Positions 24,206 through 31,788 of a stretch of DNA of 64,000 nucleotides are shown piece after piece; the first letter of the stretch is position 1, and every line of letters starts with the position of its first letter. The notes beneath the pieces are model-generated. The model had not been told where the DNA came from. It saw nothing but the letters and a program-made list of their open reading frames with translations, and did no database searches. The translations under genes were made by a program, and so were the position numbers. Source of the stretch: a virus; the IMG/VR virus record IMGVR_UViG_3300045391_005044. One strand, 5' to 3'.

Positions 24206-24406
24206 TTATTTTTGGATTTTCGATTTAATGCTCTCTACGGTGCTGCAGATAACGCCGTTTATTTTCGTGTCACCCGCTAAAAACAGCTTATACTCTCCGC
24301 TCAGTATGATGTGTAGGCTTAGGATATCGATCTCTTCTATTCCATCGAAAGAATACTCCTTGCCTTTGTACAATACCGTTCCGTTTTTCTTTTCTAGTTC
24401 TTGCAT
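24206..24406 (-). CDS. hypothetical small protein
   Basis: 66-aa ORF between two fibre genes. A chaperone role is possible but unsupported. Confidence 0.45.
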   Translation of the reverse strand: MQELEKKNGTVLYKGKEYSFDGIEEIDILSLHIILSGEYKLFLAGDTKINGVICSTVESIKSKIQK

Positions 24407-24410
24407 ATAA

Positions 24411-25442
24411 TCAATATTTTTTTCTGTTCATGATCGATGCTCCTTTTATAAACAGTGTATCGGATGCGCTACCAAGCTGTCCAGCAAATATGATGTAATT
24501 AATTACCGTTGGATCGATTGTAATGTTAGAGCCGTTGGAAGAGGATATAACCACCTCCTGCAAGTTGTTCGTTGTGGTGGAACCATATCCGTACAAATTG
24601 GTTGCACTTGTCATGTAATACGTACGCTGCCCGAACATATACAGGTTAGTAGAAGCTATACCCGTTACACCTCCTATTAATGTTGCTCCGGAAAGGCTAT
24701 TTACAGTATTGATATATACACGCACCGCCATAGTGCCAGCCGTGCCGGTCTTGTCAACTATACACTCCCATCTGAACGAGTCATTGATACCTAATGTATT
24801 AGCTGGAATTGTAAGAGGGTTTGCAAATGCTGTTGACGAGGTTGTTCCTGTTACACTCCCTATGTCAGTTCTTTGATCTATGATATAAGTAACACTTGCG
24901 CTGGTTATCTTTGACCAGGCAAGGGATGTTATCCATGATGGGTTTGCGTAGGAGCCTGCCAAGGCCACGAATGTGGATGCCGCGTTAGTGATGGTGAGGT
25001 ATGTTGAAGCGGCGGTAGAGGCGAGCAAATAGCCTAGGCCCGTTACATATGAAACCACAGCAGACCATACAGGGAACTTCGTAGTGCTGCCAGAGTCGGA
25101 AGTGGAGGTTGATTTGTTTGATGAGTCTTCTTTTGTATTCCACTGCGTTGAGTTTTTGAGTGTAGCTGATGTAACGAACTCATCTGTATTCGTTCCGGAG
25201 TTTACAGTAGCCTGTGATGCCTGATATGGAACCTCACTGTACGTATAAGATGTTCCGTTATCGTAGTAGTATCCTTTACCGTAATATGTGCCACCAAAAA
25301 GACCACCTACCCATTTTGTTCCTTGAGATGCAAGGACAATATAAGTCTGCCCAGGTGCAGTTCCAGCTGGGGGAAGCGCAGAGTAATTAGCAACTTCTAT
25401 TGGGGCTGTTCCGGTGCCTCCTTCTCCACCACCTAAAGGCAT
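24411..25442 (-). CDS. tail fibre-like protein
   Basis: 343 aa, S/T/G/N/Y-rich, in the fibre cluster. No catalytic motif. Confidence 0.4.
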   Translation of the reverse strand: MPLGGGEGGTGTAPIEVANYSALPPAGTAPGQTYIVLASQGTKWVGGLFGGTYYGKGYYYDNGTSYTYSEVPYQASQATVNSGTNTDEFVTSATLKNSTQWNTKEDSSNKSTSTSDSGSTTKFPVWSAVVSYVTGLGYLLASTAASTYLTITNAASTFVALAGSYANPSWITSLAWSKITSASVTYIIDQRTDIGSVTGTTSSTAFANPLTIPANTLGINDSFRWECIVDKTGTAGTMAVRVYINTVNSLSGATLIGGVTGIASTNLYMFGQRTYYMTSATNLYGYGSTTTNNLQEVVISSSNGSNITIDPTVINYIIFAGQLGSASDTLFIKGASIMNRKKY

Positions 25443-25443
25443 G

Positions 25444-27054
25444 TTATGCTAATTTTTCGATTGTTGTACGAACGTTGAGATTTCCCGAATACCTGTATCC
25501 TATACGATCTGTGCCATTTGTCCTTCCGATAATCACATTTGCCGAAGCCGCATCAGAAACGAGATTGTTAGCCACAGCACCCCCTATTGCAGTGTGAGAA
25601 AATGTTTGTTGTAATCCTGCTTCTGGAGTAAAAAACACTTCATGAGGCTTTGGAAGATTTACAATCTTAGATATAGTTTGACCAGTGTTATTTATCAGGA
25701 GAAAATTTCCAACATAATTAAGAGTTGTTGGTATTGTCAACACTCCAGCGGCAAAATCAGTAGACATATTTAATTCTCCTGGAAAATTTGAATATACCGT
25801 GCTTATTTTATTGTCAGAATAAGACAATGATCCGGAAATAGTAATTGTATAATCCTGTGAGAATGAAAGGCCTTCGTGAGCACCAGTTCCATCAAATGTA
25901 ACTTGAGACTGATTATTAAAATCAGAAGATACGAGTGACCCACTGTGCTTATTTGTAAAGTTAATTCCTCCACTTGATGAATTAAACACCTTAGATATTG
26001 TTCCTCTTTGATTTATGCAAGAGATTGATCCATAATAATCTTTGACTCCTCTTGCTTCATTATTACCCCACTGAAAGTTTTCAATGTTCACGTATATCTC
26101 ATTGAATCTTTTATCTGCTCGGTAAATAATTTGATCTCCAGAAAAACGAAACATTATAAAATCAGTTTCTTTTATATATCCAACATTTGAAGCCGTTTTT
26201 GGTAGCAATGTGTATGCAGCTGTATTAGTTGATGGATCTGATCCATCAACTGCTGTAGAGTTCACAAGTTGATAATGAAGTCCATTCCAAAACACAATAT
26301 CTCCATCAGCATATCCAGATTCATCTAAGGTATACCAAACTCCCAAAGGTTCTCCTACTGGAACACCAGTAATGTCTTCAACGCCAGAATAATCTCCATT
26401 TCCATCAAAATCAGGATTCAAAAAAATACCCTCTCCTTCCAATGATAGTTGATTTTCGGAATCTGCAAAAAGAATAAGTCCGAGATCAGCGCGATCTGTT
26501 ATTTTGTAATGATGTCCTGGAATAAACTCGCTTCCTGCAGCCATAGTTACAGCCTCTGCATAGGTTATTTCAATCAGTTCATTCTCTGGTACAGGAACCG
26601 GATTAAGCTGTAAAATAATATCATCAATTGACTCCAGCACTTCATATTCTACCAGTTCAGGATCACCGTCCTCCTGATAAAAGAAAATGGTGTTCCCGCC
26701 TGGGGTAACTTCTTTCAGGTTTTCAGAAATTCTTACAGCAACAAAAATGTAACTTTCATTTGACACATCAACGTTCCTGCGTCTAACGACTGTAAGCAAA
26801 AGGAGAGATGTTGATTTCGCTTTTACATCGGAAAATGAATCTGTAGTTTCATATTCCGTACTTCCAGCGATTCGAGAAGAAGGTGTATTGCCTTTCAGCT
26901 GCCTGGTAGTAAAGTAAAGGTCGCCTGACTGCCTGGCTCGGATGGGCGTTACAATGTCATTGACATCGAATCCAAACTCTTTTTCAGGAGAAAATGTATC
27001 TACTTTTACTCCGCTCGTTCTTTTGCTTATATTAAGGCTGATTAGCTGTCCCAT
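25444..27054 (-). CDS. tail fibre / receptor-binding-like protein
   Basis: 536 aa with beta-rich composition, directly upstream of the other fibre genes. Confidence 0.4.
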   Translation of the reverse strand: MGQLISLNISKRTSGVKVDTFSPEKEFGFDVNDIVTPIRARQSGDLYFTTRQLKGNTPSSRIAGSTEYETTDSFSDVKAKSTSLLLLTVVRRRNVDVSNESYIFVAVRISENLKEVTPGGNTIFFYQEDGDPELVEYEVLESIDDIILQLNPVPVPENELIEITYAEAVTMAAGSEFIPGHHYKITDRADLGLILFADSENQLSLEGEGIFLNPDFDGNGDYSGVEDITGVPVGEPLGVWYTLDESGYADGDIVFWNGLHYQLVNSTAVDGSDPSTNTAAYTLLPKTASNVGYIKETDFIMFRFSGDQIIYRADKRFNEIYVNIENFQWGNNEARGVKDYYGSISCINQRGTISKVFNSSSGGINFTNKHSGSLVSSDFNNQSQVTFDGTGAHEGLSFSQDYTITISGSLSYSDNKISTVYSNFPGELNMSTDFAAGVLTIPTTLNYVGNFLLINNTGQTISKIVNLPKPHEVFFTPEAGLQQTFSHTAIGGAVANNLVSDAASANVIIGRTNGTDRIGYRYSGNLNVRTTIEKLA

Positions 27055-27058
27055 TGTT

Positions 27059-27598
27059 TTATTTGTTTGATGCGATTTTTCTTATTACGTCGCCATTGTT
27101 TTTGGATCCGATTGATGTTCCTCTGTGGAAATTGAGTATAGTTCCAACAAATCCACCCAGGAGCCCGAAGGCAGTATAAAATATCTCCTTGTTTTCAGCC
27201 GGTACAGTTTTGTACACGATCATGATCAACATGATCACAAAAGCTATAACAAAGAAGGCATCTATGCAATATGCGATGTTTTTGGACATCCAGGAGGCTT
27301 TATCGCTAACCTGTATTTCCTTGTTCATATCCCTAGCGTTGGCTACGTCGGCAAGCTTTGCTTTTTCTCCTTCCAGTTCTATCCTCAGAGTCTCGTTGGC
27401 CACCTCTTCCGCCTGGATAGCTATTTTTTGAGATTCAAGGTCTGCGTTAATACGCAGCTTTTCGATATCAGCTTCAGCCTCTGCCACCTTTGTGGGATCA
27501 GCCTTGAACTTACTGATGATATTTCCTGCTGCATCCGCAATGCCGGCAATTCCACCTTTAACTAGGTCCTGTATGTTAGGCAGCTGTATTTTTGACAT
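27059..27598 (-). CDS. holin-like membrane protein
   Basis: N-terminal GGIAGIADAAGNIISKFKADP followed by a coiled-coil, then two or three C-terminal TM helices (IAYCIDAFFVIAFVIMLIMIVY, FYTAFGLLGGFVGTILNF). This layout resembles 3-TM holins of GTA/phage type. Confidence 0.45.
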   Translation of the reverse strand: MSKIQLPNIQDLVKGGIAGIADAAGNIISKFKADPTKVAEAEADIEKLRINADLESQKIAIQAEEVANETLRIELEGEKAKLADVANARDMNKEIQVSDKASWMSKNIAYCIDAFFVIAFVIMLIMIVYKTVPAENKEIFYTAFGLLGGFVGTILNFHRGTSIGSKNNGDVIRKIASNK

Positions 27599-28229
27599 CT
27601 TTCGATTCTATTAGTGTTCCTGTGAATTTTTTGCCGTATCTTTTTACAGCCTTCCTGATCACTGGTAGGATCTTTTTGAACTCCGGCTCTGGAGCTCCCA
27701 TACATCCGAGTGACCAATTGTTGACCTGTCCGGAACCATAAGTGTCAATATGGCTCATGATGTGCCAGTGGGTTCCAAAAATACGATCTTCCTGGTCCTG
27801 TACGTGGTCGATAACAAGATCCTTATCTCCATCTCTCCAGTAATCAACCGGTCCAACCTGGCGGAAGTACGGATATTTGGAAAATTCATCGAATGTATCA
27901 TGAAACTCCCACGCGCCAGGATATTGACCAGGCTTTATAACTGCAGTTCCAGTAACTCCATCAACGGTTACCGGTTCAAGGATAGATCCCTTCAGACCGG
28001 GCTTTGTTGTAGCCGGTATTGTGAGTATCACTCCAGCACCTCCTTCCACTTCCTGGTAGCAAATGTGCAACAGATCGGTGAAGTGGTTCGTAAATTCATC
28101 GGAAGTCCTCTCCCAGATGCAATTTACGTTATTTTCTCCCTCAAACCACTTATGTCCAAGTGCCTTTACTGAGTCCTTTATTTGGGCATAAGTACGAATC
28201 ATATTCCGATAAATTTGTGTTTTATCCAT
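27576..28229 (-). CDS. putative peptidoglycan hydrolase (endolysin candidate; H...SxGC motif)
   Basis: THWHIMSH...VNNWSLGCMG resembles the His/Cys catalytic motif of YkuD-like and other cell-wall enzymes. Flanked by two TM proteins. An alternative ATGA-coupled start is at 28202. Confidence 0.4.
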   Translation of the reverse strand: MDKTQIYRNMIRTYAQIKDSVKALGHKWFEGENNVNCIWERTSDEFTNHFTDLLHICYQEVEGGAGVILTIPATTKPGLKGSILEPVTVDGVTGTAVIKPGQYPGAWEFHDTFDEFSKYPYFRQVGPVDYWRDGDKDLVIDHVQDQEDRIFGTHWHIMSHIDTYGSGQVNNWSLGCMGAPEPEFKKILPVIRKAVKRYGKKFTGTLIESKDVKNTAA

Positions 28230-28420
28230 TCAATGAATGCTCCTACAATTGGCACGCTTATAAATAAGCCTCCGGCTATCTTAGCTTTCAGCTTTTTATC
28301 ACTATCTCTGTAGCTTTCAAGAGCCTTTACTCTTTTTACAATTCCAGGATTATCCGTTGCTGCATTCCCCAGCAAACATTCATGCACCTCGCGCAACATT
28401 TTTTCTTGCTCAACATTCAT
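28199..28420 (-). CDS. small single-TM protein (holin/antiholin/spanin-like)
   Basis: 73 aa with a C-terminal TM helix IAGGLFISVPIVGAFIEWI. Adjacent to the endolysin candidate. Confidence 0.35.
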   Translation of the reverse strand: MNVEQEKMLREVHECLLGNAATDNPGIVKRVKALESYRDSDKKLKAKIAGGLFISVPIVGAFIEWIKHKFIGI

Positions 28421-28421
28421 A

Positions 28422-29039
28422 TTAGCAACCGGTTTGATCTGAGTTGATAGTTACAGTGTCAGTAAAGCCTCCGTCGTCAGTATAGGCGGTTATTGTGCAG
28501 GTTCCTGTTCCCGTTTCGGTAACCAAGCCCGTGTTTATATCCACAGTTGCCACTGCAATGTTACTACTAAGCCATTTCACTTTTTTGTTTGACGCATTGG
28601 CAGGAAGAACAGTTGCAGTGAGTTGCACTGTAGTTCCGCTACAATGCATGGCAATAGGAGATGAGTTATCTATAGACATTCCGGTAACGGCTACGTTTTT
28701 CGTGCCGATCTCCACGGTTGTTGTCTTATTTCCGTTTGTATCAAATCCGGAAGTAGATGTTACAACGAATCCAGTCCCCATAAGGATTCCGAATTCATTA
28801 GACGTGATCATGCCACTGCTGAATGCGCAGGTAACACTATCAACTATTTTTTTCGCAATGTCGCAGGTGCAGCAGTCCGACAAATCACTGCTTGCATCGG
28901 AGTAGGCCCTCACCGATCCATCGGAATACATCAGAGATAGAATGTTGCTGTTCTCTGTGTTGATAAAAAGGGTAGCCTCGCCTGATGGAGGAGCGGTCAA
29001 TGTAGAAGCCGCCGCTACGATTATATTTGCTGTTGCCAT
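28422..29039 (-). CDS. Ig-like (Big_2-type) domain virion protein
   Basis: The C-terminal VTGMSID..TVQLTATVLPANASNKKVKWLSSNIAVATVDINTGLVTETGTGTCTITAYT matches the bacterial Ig-like group 2 pattern. It also has DCCTCD and ends in TGC. Confidence 0.6.
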   Translation of the reverse strand: MATANIIVAAASTLTAPPSGEATLFINTENSNILSLMYSDGSVRAYSDASSDLSDCCTCDIAKKIVDSVTCAFSSGMITSNEFGILMGTGFVVTSTSGFDTNGNKTTTVEIGTKNVAVTGMSIDNSSPIAMHCSGTTVQLTATVLPANASNKKVKWLSSNIAVATVDINTGLVTETGTGTCTITAYTDDGGFTDTVTINSDQTGC

Positions 29040-29040
29040 A

Positions 29041-29388
29041 TTATGCTGGTGGGTTTACTACGTTATACAAATCAGCAAATTCAGATTCCGTAACACAACC
29101 GAGAACCGCTCCGGTGGCATTGTTCACCAGCTTGATGTATCCATCGGCACACGTGAAAGTGTTTTTCTGGTACAACTCCGCATCGTATGGAGTCAGGCAC
29201 CCGGCATGGTTCCCCTTGTCGTCATAAATGGCAACAAGCCCAGGAGGGCAGCAACTGCACTTTGGATCATTACAGTCTCCATTGCATTCTTCGCACGGAG
29301 ATCCATGATGATGCATTTCGCCCATGCATTTGCCTTTCAAGAATTTGAGGTATTCTTTGGGATCGGTATATGAACTCTTTTCTGCCAT
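29041..29388 (-). CDS. Cys/His-rich small protein
   Basis: CMGEMHHHGSPCEECNGDCNDPKCSCCPPG cluster (9 Cys and 3 His in 30 aa). Confidence 0.5.
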   Translation of the reverse strand: MAEKSSYTDPKEYLKFLKGKCMGEMHHHGSPCEECNGDCNDPKCSCCPPGLVAIYDDKGNHAGCLTPYDAELYQKNTFTCADGYIKLVNNATGAVLGCVTESEFADLYNVVNPPA

Positions 29389-29399
29389 TACTGATTATT

Positions 29400-29774
29400 T
29401 TAATTACAACATGGATTACAGATTGAGCACAGTAAACGGACTTGCTCAATTATTTCGCTAATCTCAAAATCAGTAAGGCAGGGTTCTACTTCTTTGCGCA
29501 CACAGATGTGCTTATCCTTCAGTTCCAAAGTTAAAAAAGAATTTTTCTTCTTCAACATGGAAAAGCTAACTATTTGATTTTCAAAAGGAATCTTTTCTTT
29601 TTCGTATACCACTTTTTTCTCATTTCTCTCCAGTATTCGAATGTAAAAGTTTATGCGAAGTAGATTATAGAATGTCTCTTCGGTTCCGTTTCCATATACA
29701 GCCTCTCTTGTCCATTTAAGGGCAAGGTTACCGGAGCAGCATTTTGCTTCGCATATGATGTCGTGAAGGTTCAT
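29400..29774 (-). CDS. small protein with Cys-rich termini
   Basis: N-terminal CEAKCCSG and C-terminal CSICNPCCN. Confidence 0.5.
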   Translation of the reverse strand: MNLHDIICEAKCCSGNLALKWTREAVYGNGTEETFYNLLRINFYIRILERNEKKVVYEKEKIPFENQIVSFSMLKKKNSFLTLELKDKHICVRKEVEPCLTDFEISEIIEQVRLLCSICNPCCN

Positions 29775-30610
29775 TATATTTTTTGAACAAAAATAAGTGC
29801 GTAGTAAGGAGGTCTGTTTTCGTGGGCTTCTCCGGCGCCAGAATTATTGATCGTGATGCCTGTTCCTGAATTCCCGTTTGTGATACCAGTAAATGCAGAT
29901 TGCGTGCTTATACCGGTATTTGAAGAGTTCGTTGTAAGCATGCTCGCCGATGAGTCGGTTGTTCCTGAGTGGGAGTGTTCTCCAGCAATTCCTGATGATC
30001 CATTTGTAACCGGGCTGTTTGCTGCGGTTGCCCCCGTGCCTCCATCGTCAACCAGATCCACCAGTTCGGGAATAGCGTGGGAGTGATTTCCTGCTGAGTT
30101 CGTGGTGAACGTATGATTGTGAGCTGCAGTTGTACCTGAGTGGGTGTGTCCAGGGTCTGTTACCCCGTGGGTGTGTCCAGGGTCTGTTACCCCGTGGGTG
30201 TGTCCAGGGTCTGTTACGCTGTGGGTGTGTGATCCGTTTTGATTGGCTGTAAGAGCCACAGTGTTAAATCCGCCTGTGTCTCCAACTGCATATGTTCCGG
30301 TAGCCATAACTACAAAACGATCGATAAGATTTGGCGTGGTTATCATCTCTTCCGTTTCCGGATTTTCATGTGTTTTGCCGTCGCAAACGGCCCAACCTTC
30401 CCAGCACTTTGATCCCTTTCCGGTTACCAAGTCAAAATATTGAACGTCATTCGGGTTTTGTATCATCAAAATTGGATGACCGCAAAGCAAGAATTTCACC
30501 TGATTCGTAAGATCATCTATTTGGTTCTGAATTTGAGAAATTGTTCCTTCTGATCCAGTAGAAGATCCTTTGCAGCCACAGCTTTTTTTTCCACATTTAT
30601 TGCATCCCAT
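29774..30610 (-). CDS. tail-collar/fibre protein with seven HxH motifs
   Basis: GWAVCDG..TPNLIDRFVV..GG and the C-terminal NRPPYYALIFV are tail-collar-domain hallmarks. Motifs HTH x4, HNH and HSH x2. N-terminus MGCNKCGKKSCGCKG. Confidence 0.65.
   Translation of the reverse strand: MGCNKCGKKSCGCKGSSTGSEGTISQIQNQIDDLTNQVKFLLCGHPILMIQNPNDVQYFDLVTGKGSKCWEGWAVCDGKTHENPETEEMITTPNLIDRFVVMATGTYAVGDTGGFNTVALTANQNGSHTHSVTDPGHTHGVTDPGHTHGVTDPGHTHSGTTAAHNHTFTTNSAGNHSHAIPELVDLVDDGGTGATAANSPVTNGSSGIAGEHSHSGTTDSSASMLTTNSSNTGISTQSAFTGITNGNSGTGITINNSGAGEAHENRPPYYALIFVQKI
30140..30233. repeat. 27-nt tandem repeat, ~3.5 copies (encodes GHTHGVTDP units)
   Basis: gtgggtgtgtccagggtctgttacccc repeats at 30140, 30167 and 30194, with a partial copy at 30221. 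Confidence 0.85.
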
Positions 30611-30612
30611 TT

Positions 30613-31170
30613 TTATACTTTTATGAGGTTTTTTGTTCCGGTTATTATTTTAGCATTTGTTCCAGAAGTGATGCTCCCAGTTTCTACAGACAACAAATCG
30701 GTTGTCAATAGCCCAGAAAGATAAACCATTGACGATGCTGAAATTTTTTGATCTGTTGGTATTTTTATAAATTTTTCAGATAGGACAACATCCGCTCCAT
30801 TTTTCTTCACTTTAAAAGAAAATTCAAGTGCAGCGTCTCCACTATCAATATTTAATTCTACAAAAAGAAAGTAATTTCCGTTAACTGGAGGCGATCCAAC
30901 GCCAGTGGCGAAAAACCCTCCATTAGGAAGTGCAGAATTGCTTGGAATATAAAGCGGAACAGACAAAATAGATCCAGCTGGACCAGGATCTCCTTGTGGT
31001 CCCGGATCACCCTGAGGCCCCGGATCTCCTTGTGGTCCAGGTTCACCATCTTCGCCAGATGGTCCTGGCGGACCCACATCACCTGGTCTTCCAGGAGGTC
31101 CTACTGGACCTCGATCTCCTCTCCTTCCTTTTACAGAAGTGGCTTTATTACAACATTTATCTTTGCACAT
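30613..31170 (-). CDS. collagen-like repeat fibre protein
   Basis: 17 G-X-Y triplets ([52 protein letters not shown]). N-terminus MCKDKCCNK. Confidence 0.7.
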   Translation of the reverse strand: MCKDKCCNKATSVKGRRGDRGPVGPPGRPGDVGPPGPSGEDGEPGPQGDPGPQGDPGPQGDPGPAGSILSVPLYIPSNSALPNGGFFATGVGSPPVNGNYFLFVELNIDSGDAALEFSFKVKKNGADVVLSEKFIKIPTDQKISASSMVYLSGLLTTDLLSVETGSITSGTNAKIITGTKNLIKV

Positions 31171-31182
31171 TTGGGTTGTATC

Positions 31183-31764
31183 TTAACAACAGCAACACTT
31201 GCACTGACCTTTCAGGTACTCAATAATATCGTTGGCTGAATCCAATAAATCACAATCAATGTGGTACTGCGCAGATTGCAGTAAGTTTTCGAGTTCTATA
31301 ATCTTTTTTTGCTTATCGTCTTTAAAGGCATCCTTTCCTACTTTTTTGCCCAGCTTGTCAATGCAGCAGGAAACGTTTTTGATGAAGACAAAAGACATCA
31401 TAACGCTTTTGGTATAAGATACTCCATTTTTATCCTTACCGGAAACGGTATAACGAATGGTGTATTTTCCACTTTCAATTCCACTATTAGCAGCATGCTG
31501 CCCGATCATTTCTGGAAAGATTTCAAATCCAAACTCCTTGTCGTTGGGCATGTCGGAGTACACTTTTATTTTGTACGGAGCAGCTGTTGCGGAATATGGA
31601 ATGGCTGGGGTATATATCTCCAAAAAAGCATCTTCAACATCCTTTATTTTTGGATTGTAAACCCCATATCCACCTTGGTTATCGGATGAATAGTTACCCG
31701 TGCAATCATAAACCACAAAGGAATTTTTAAGCTCAGAGGTAGATATTTTAAGGATGAGGCTCAT
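31183..31764 (-). CDS. virion protein ending in CKCCCC
   Basis: 193-aa ORF, first gene after a leaderless-type promoter. C-terminus GQCKCCCC. Confidence 0.5.
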   Translation of the reverse strand: MSLILKISTSELKNSFVVYDCTGNYSSDNQGGYGVYNPKIKDVEDAFLEIYTPAIPYSATAAPYKIKVYSDMPNDKEFGFEIFPEMIGQHAANSGIESGKYTIRYTVSGKDKNGVSYTKSVMMSFVFIKNVSCCIDKLGKKVGKDAFKDDKQKKIIELENLLQSAQYHIDCDLLDSANDIIEYLKGQCKCCCC

Positions 31765-31768
31765 ATCA

Positions 31769-31776
31769 CAAATGTA
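31769..31776 (-). promoter_or_regulatory. -7 box TACATTTG 4 nt upstream of ATG (leaderless-type late promoter)
   Basis: The minus strand reads TACATTTG-tgat-ATG for the gene starting at 31764. Confidence 0.35.
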
Positions 31777-31788
31777 TGAATTTTTTGA

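Noticed and set aside
22465-31764. Diversity-generating retroelement or other targeted hypervariation near the fibre genes.
   Set aside because: No reverse transcriptase ORF is present. By eye I found no template/variable repeat pair with A-specific mismatches.
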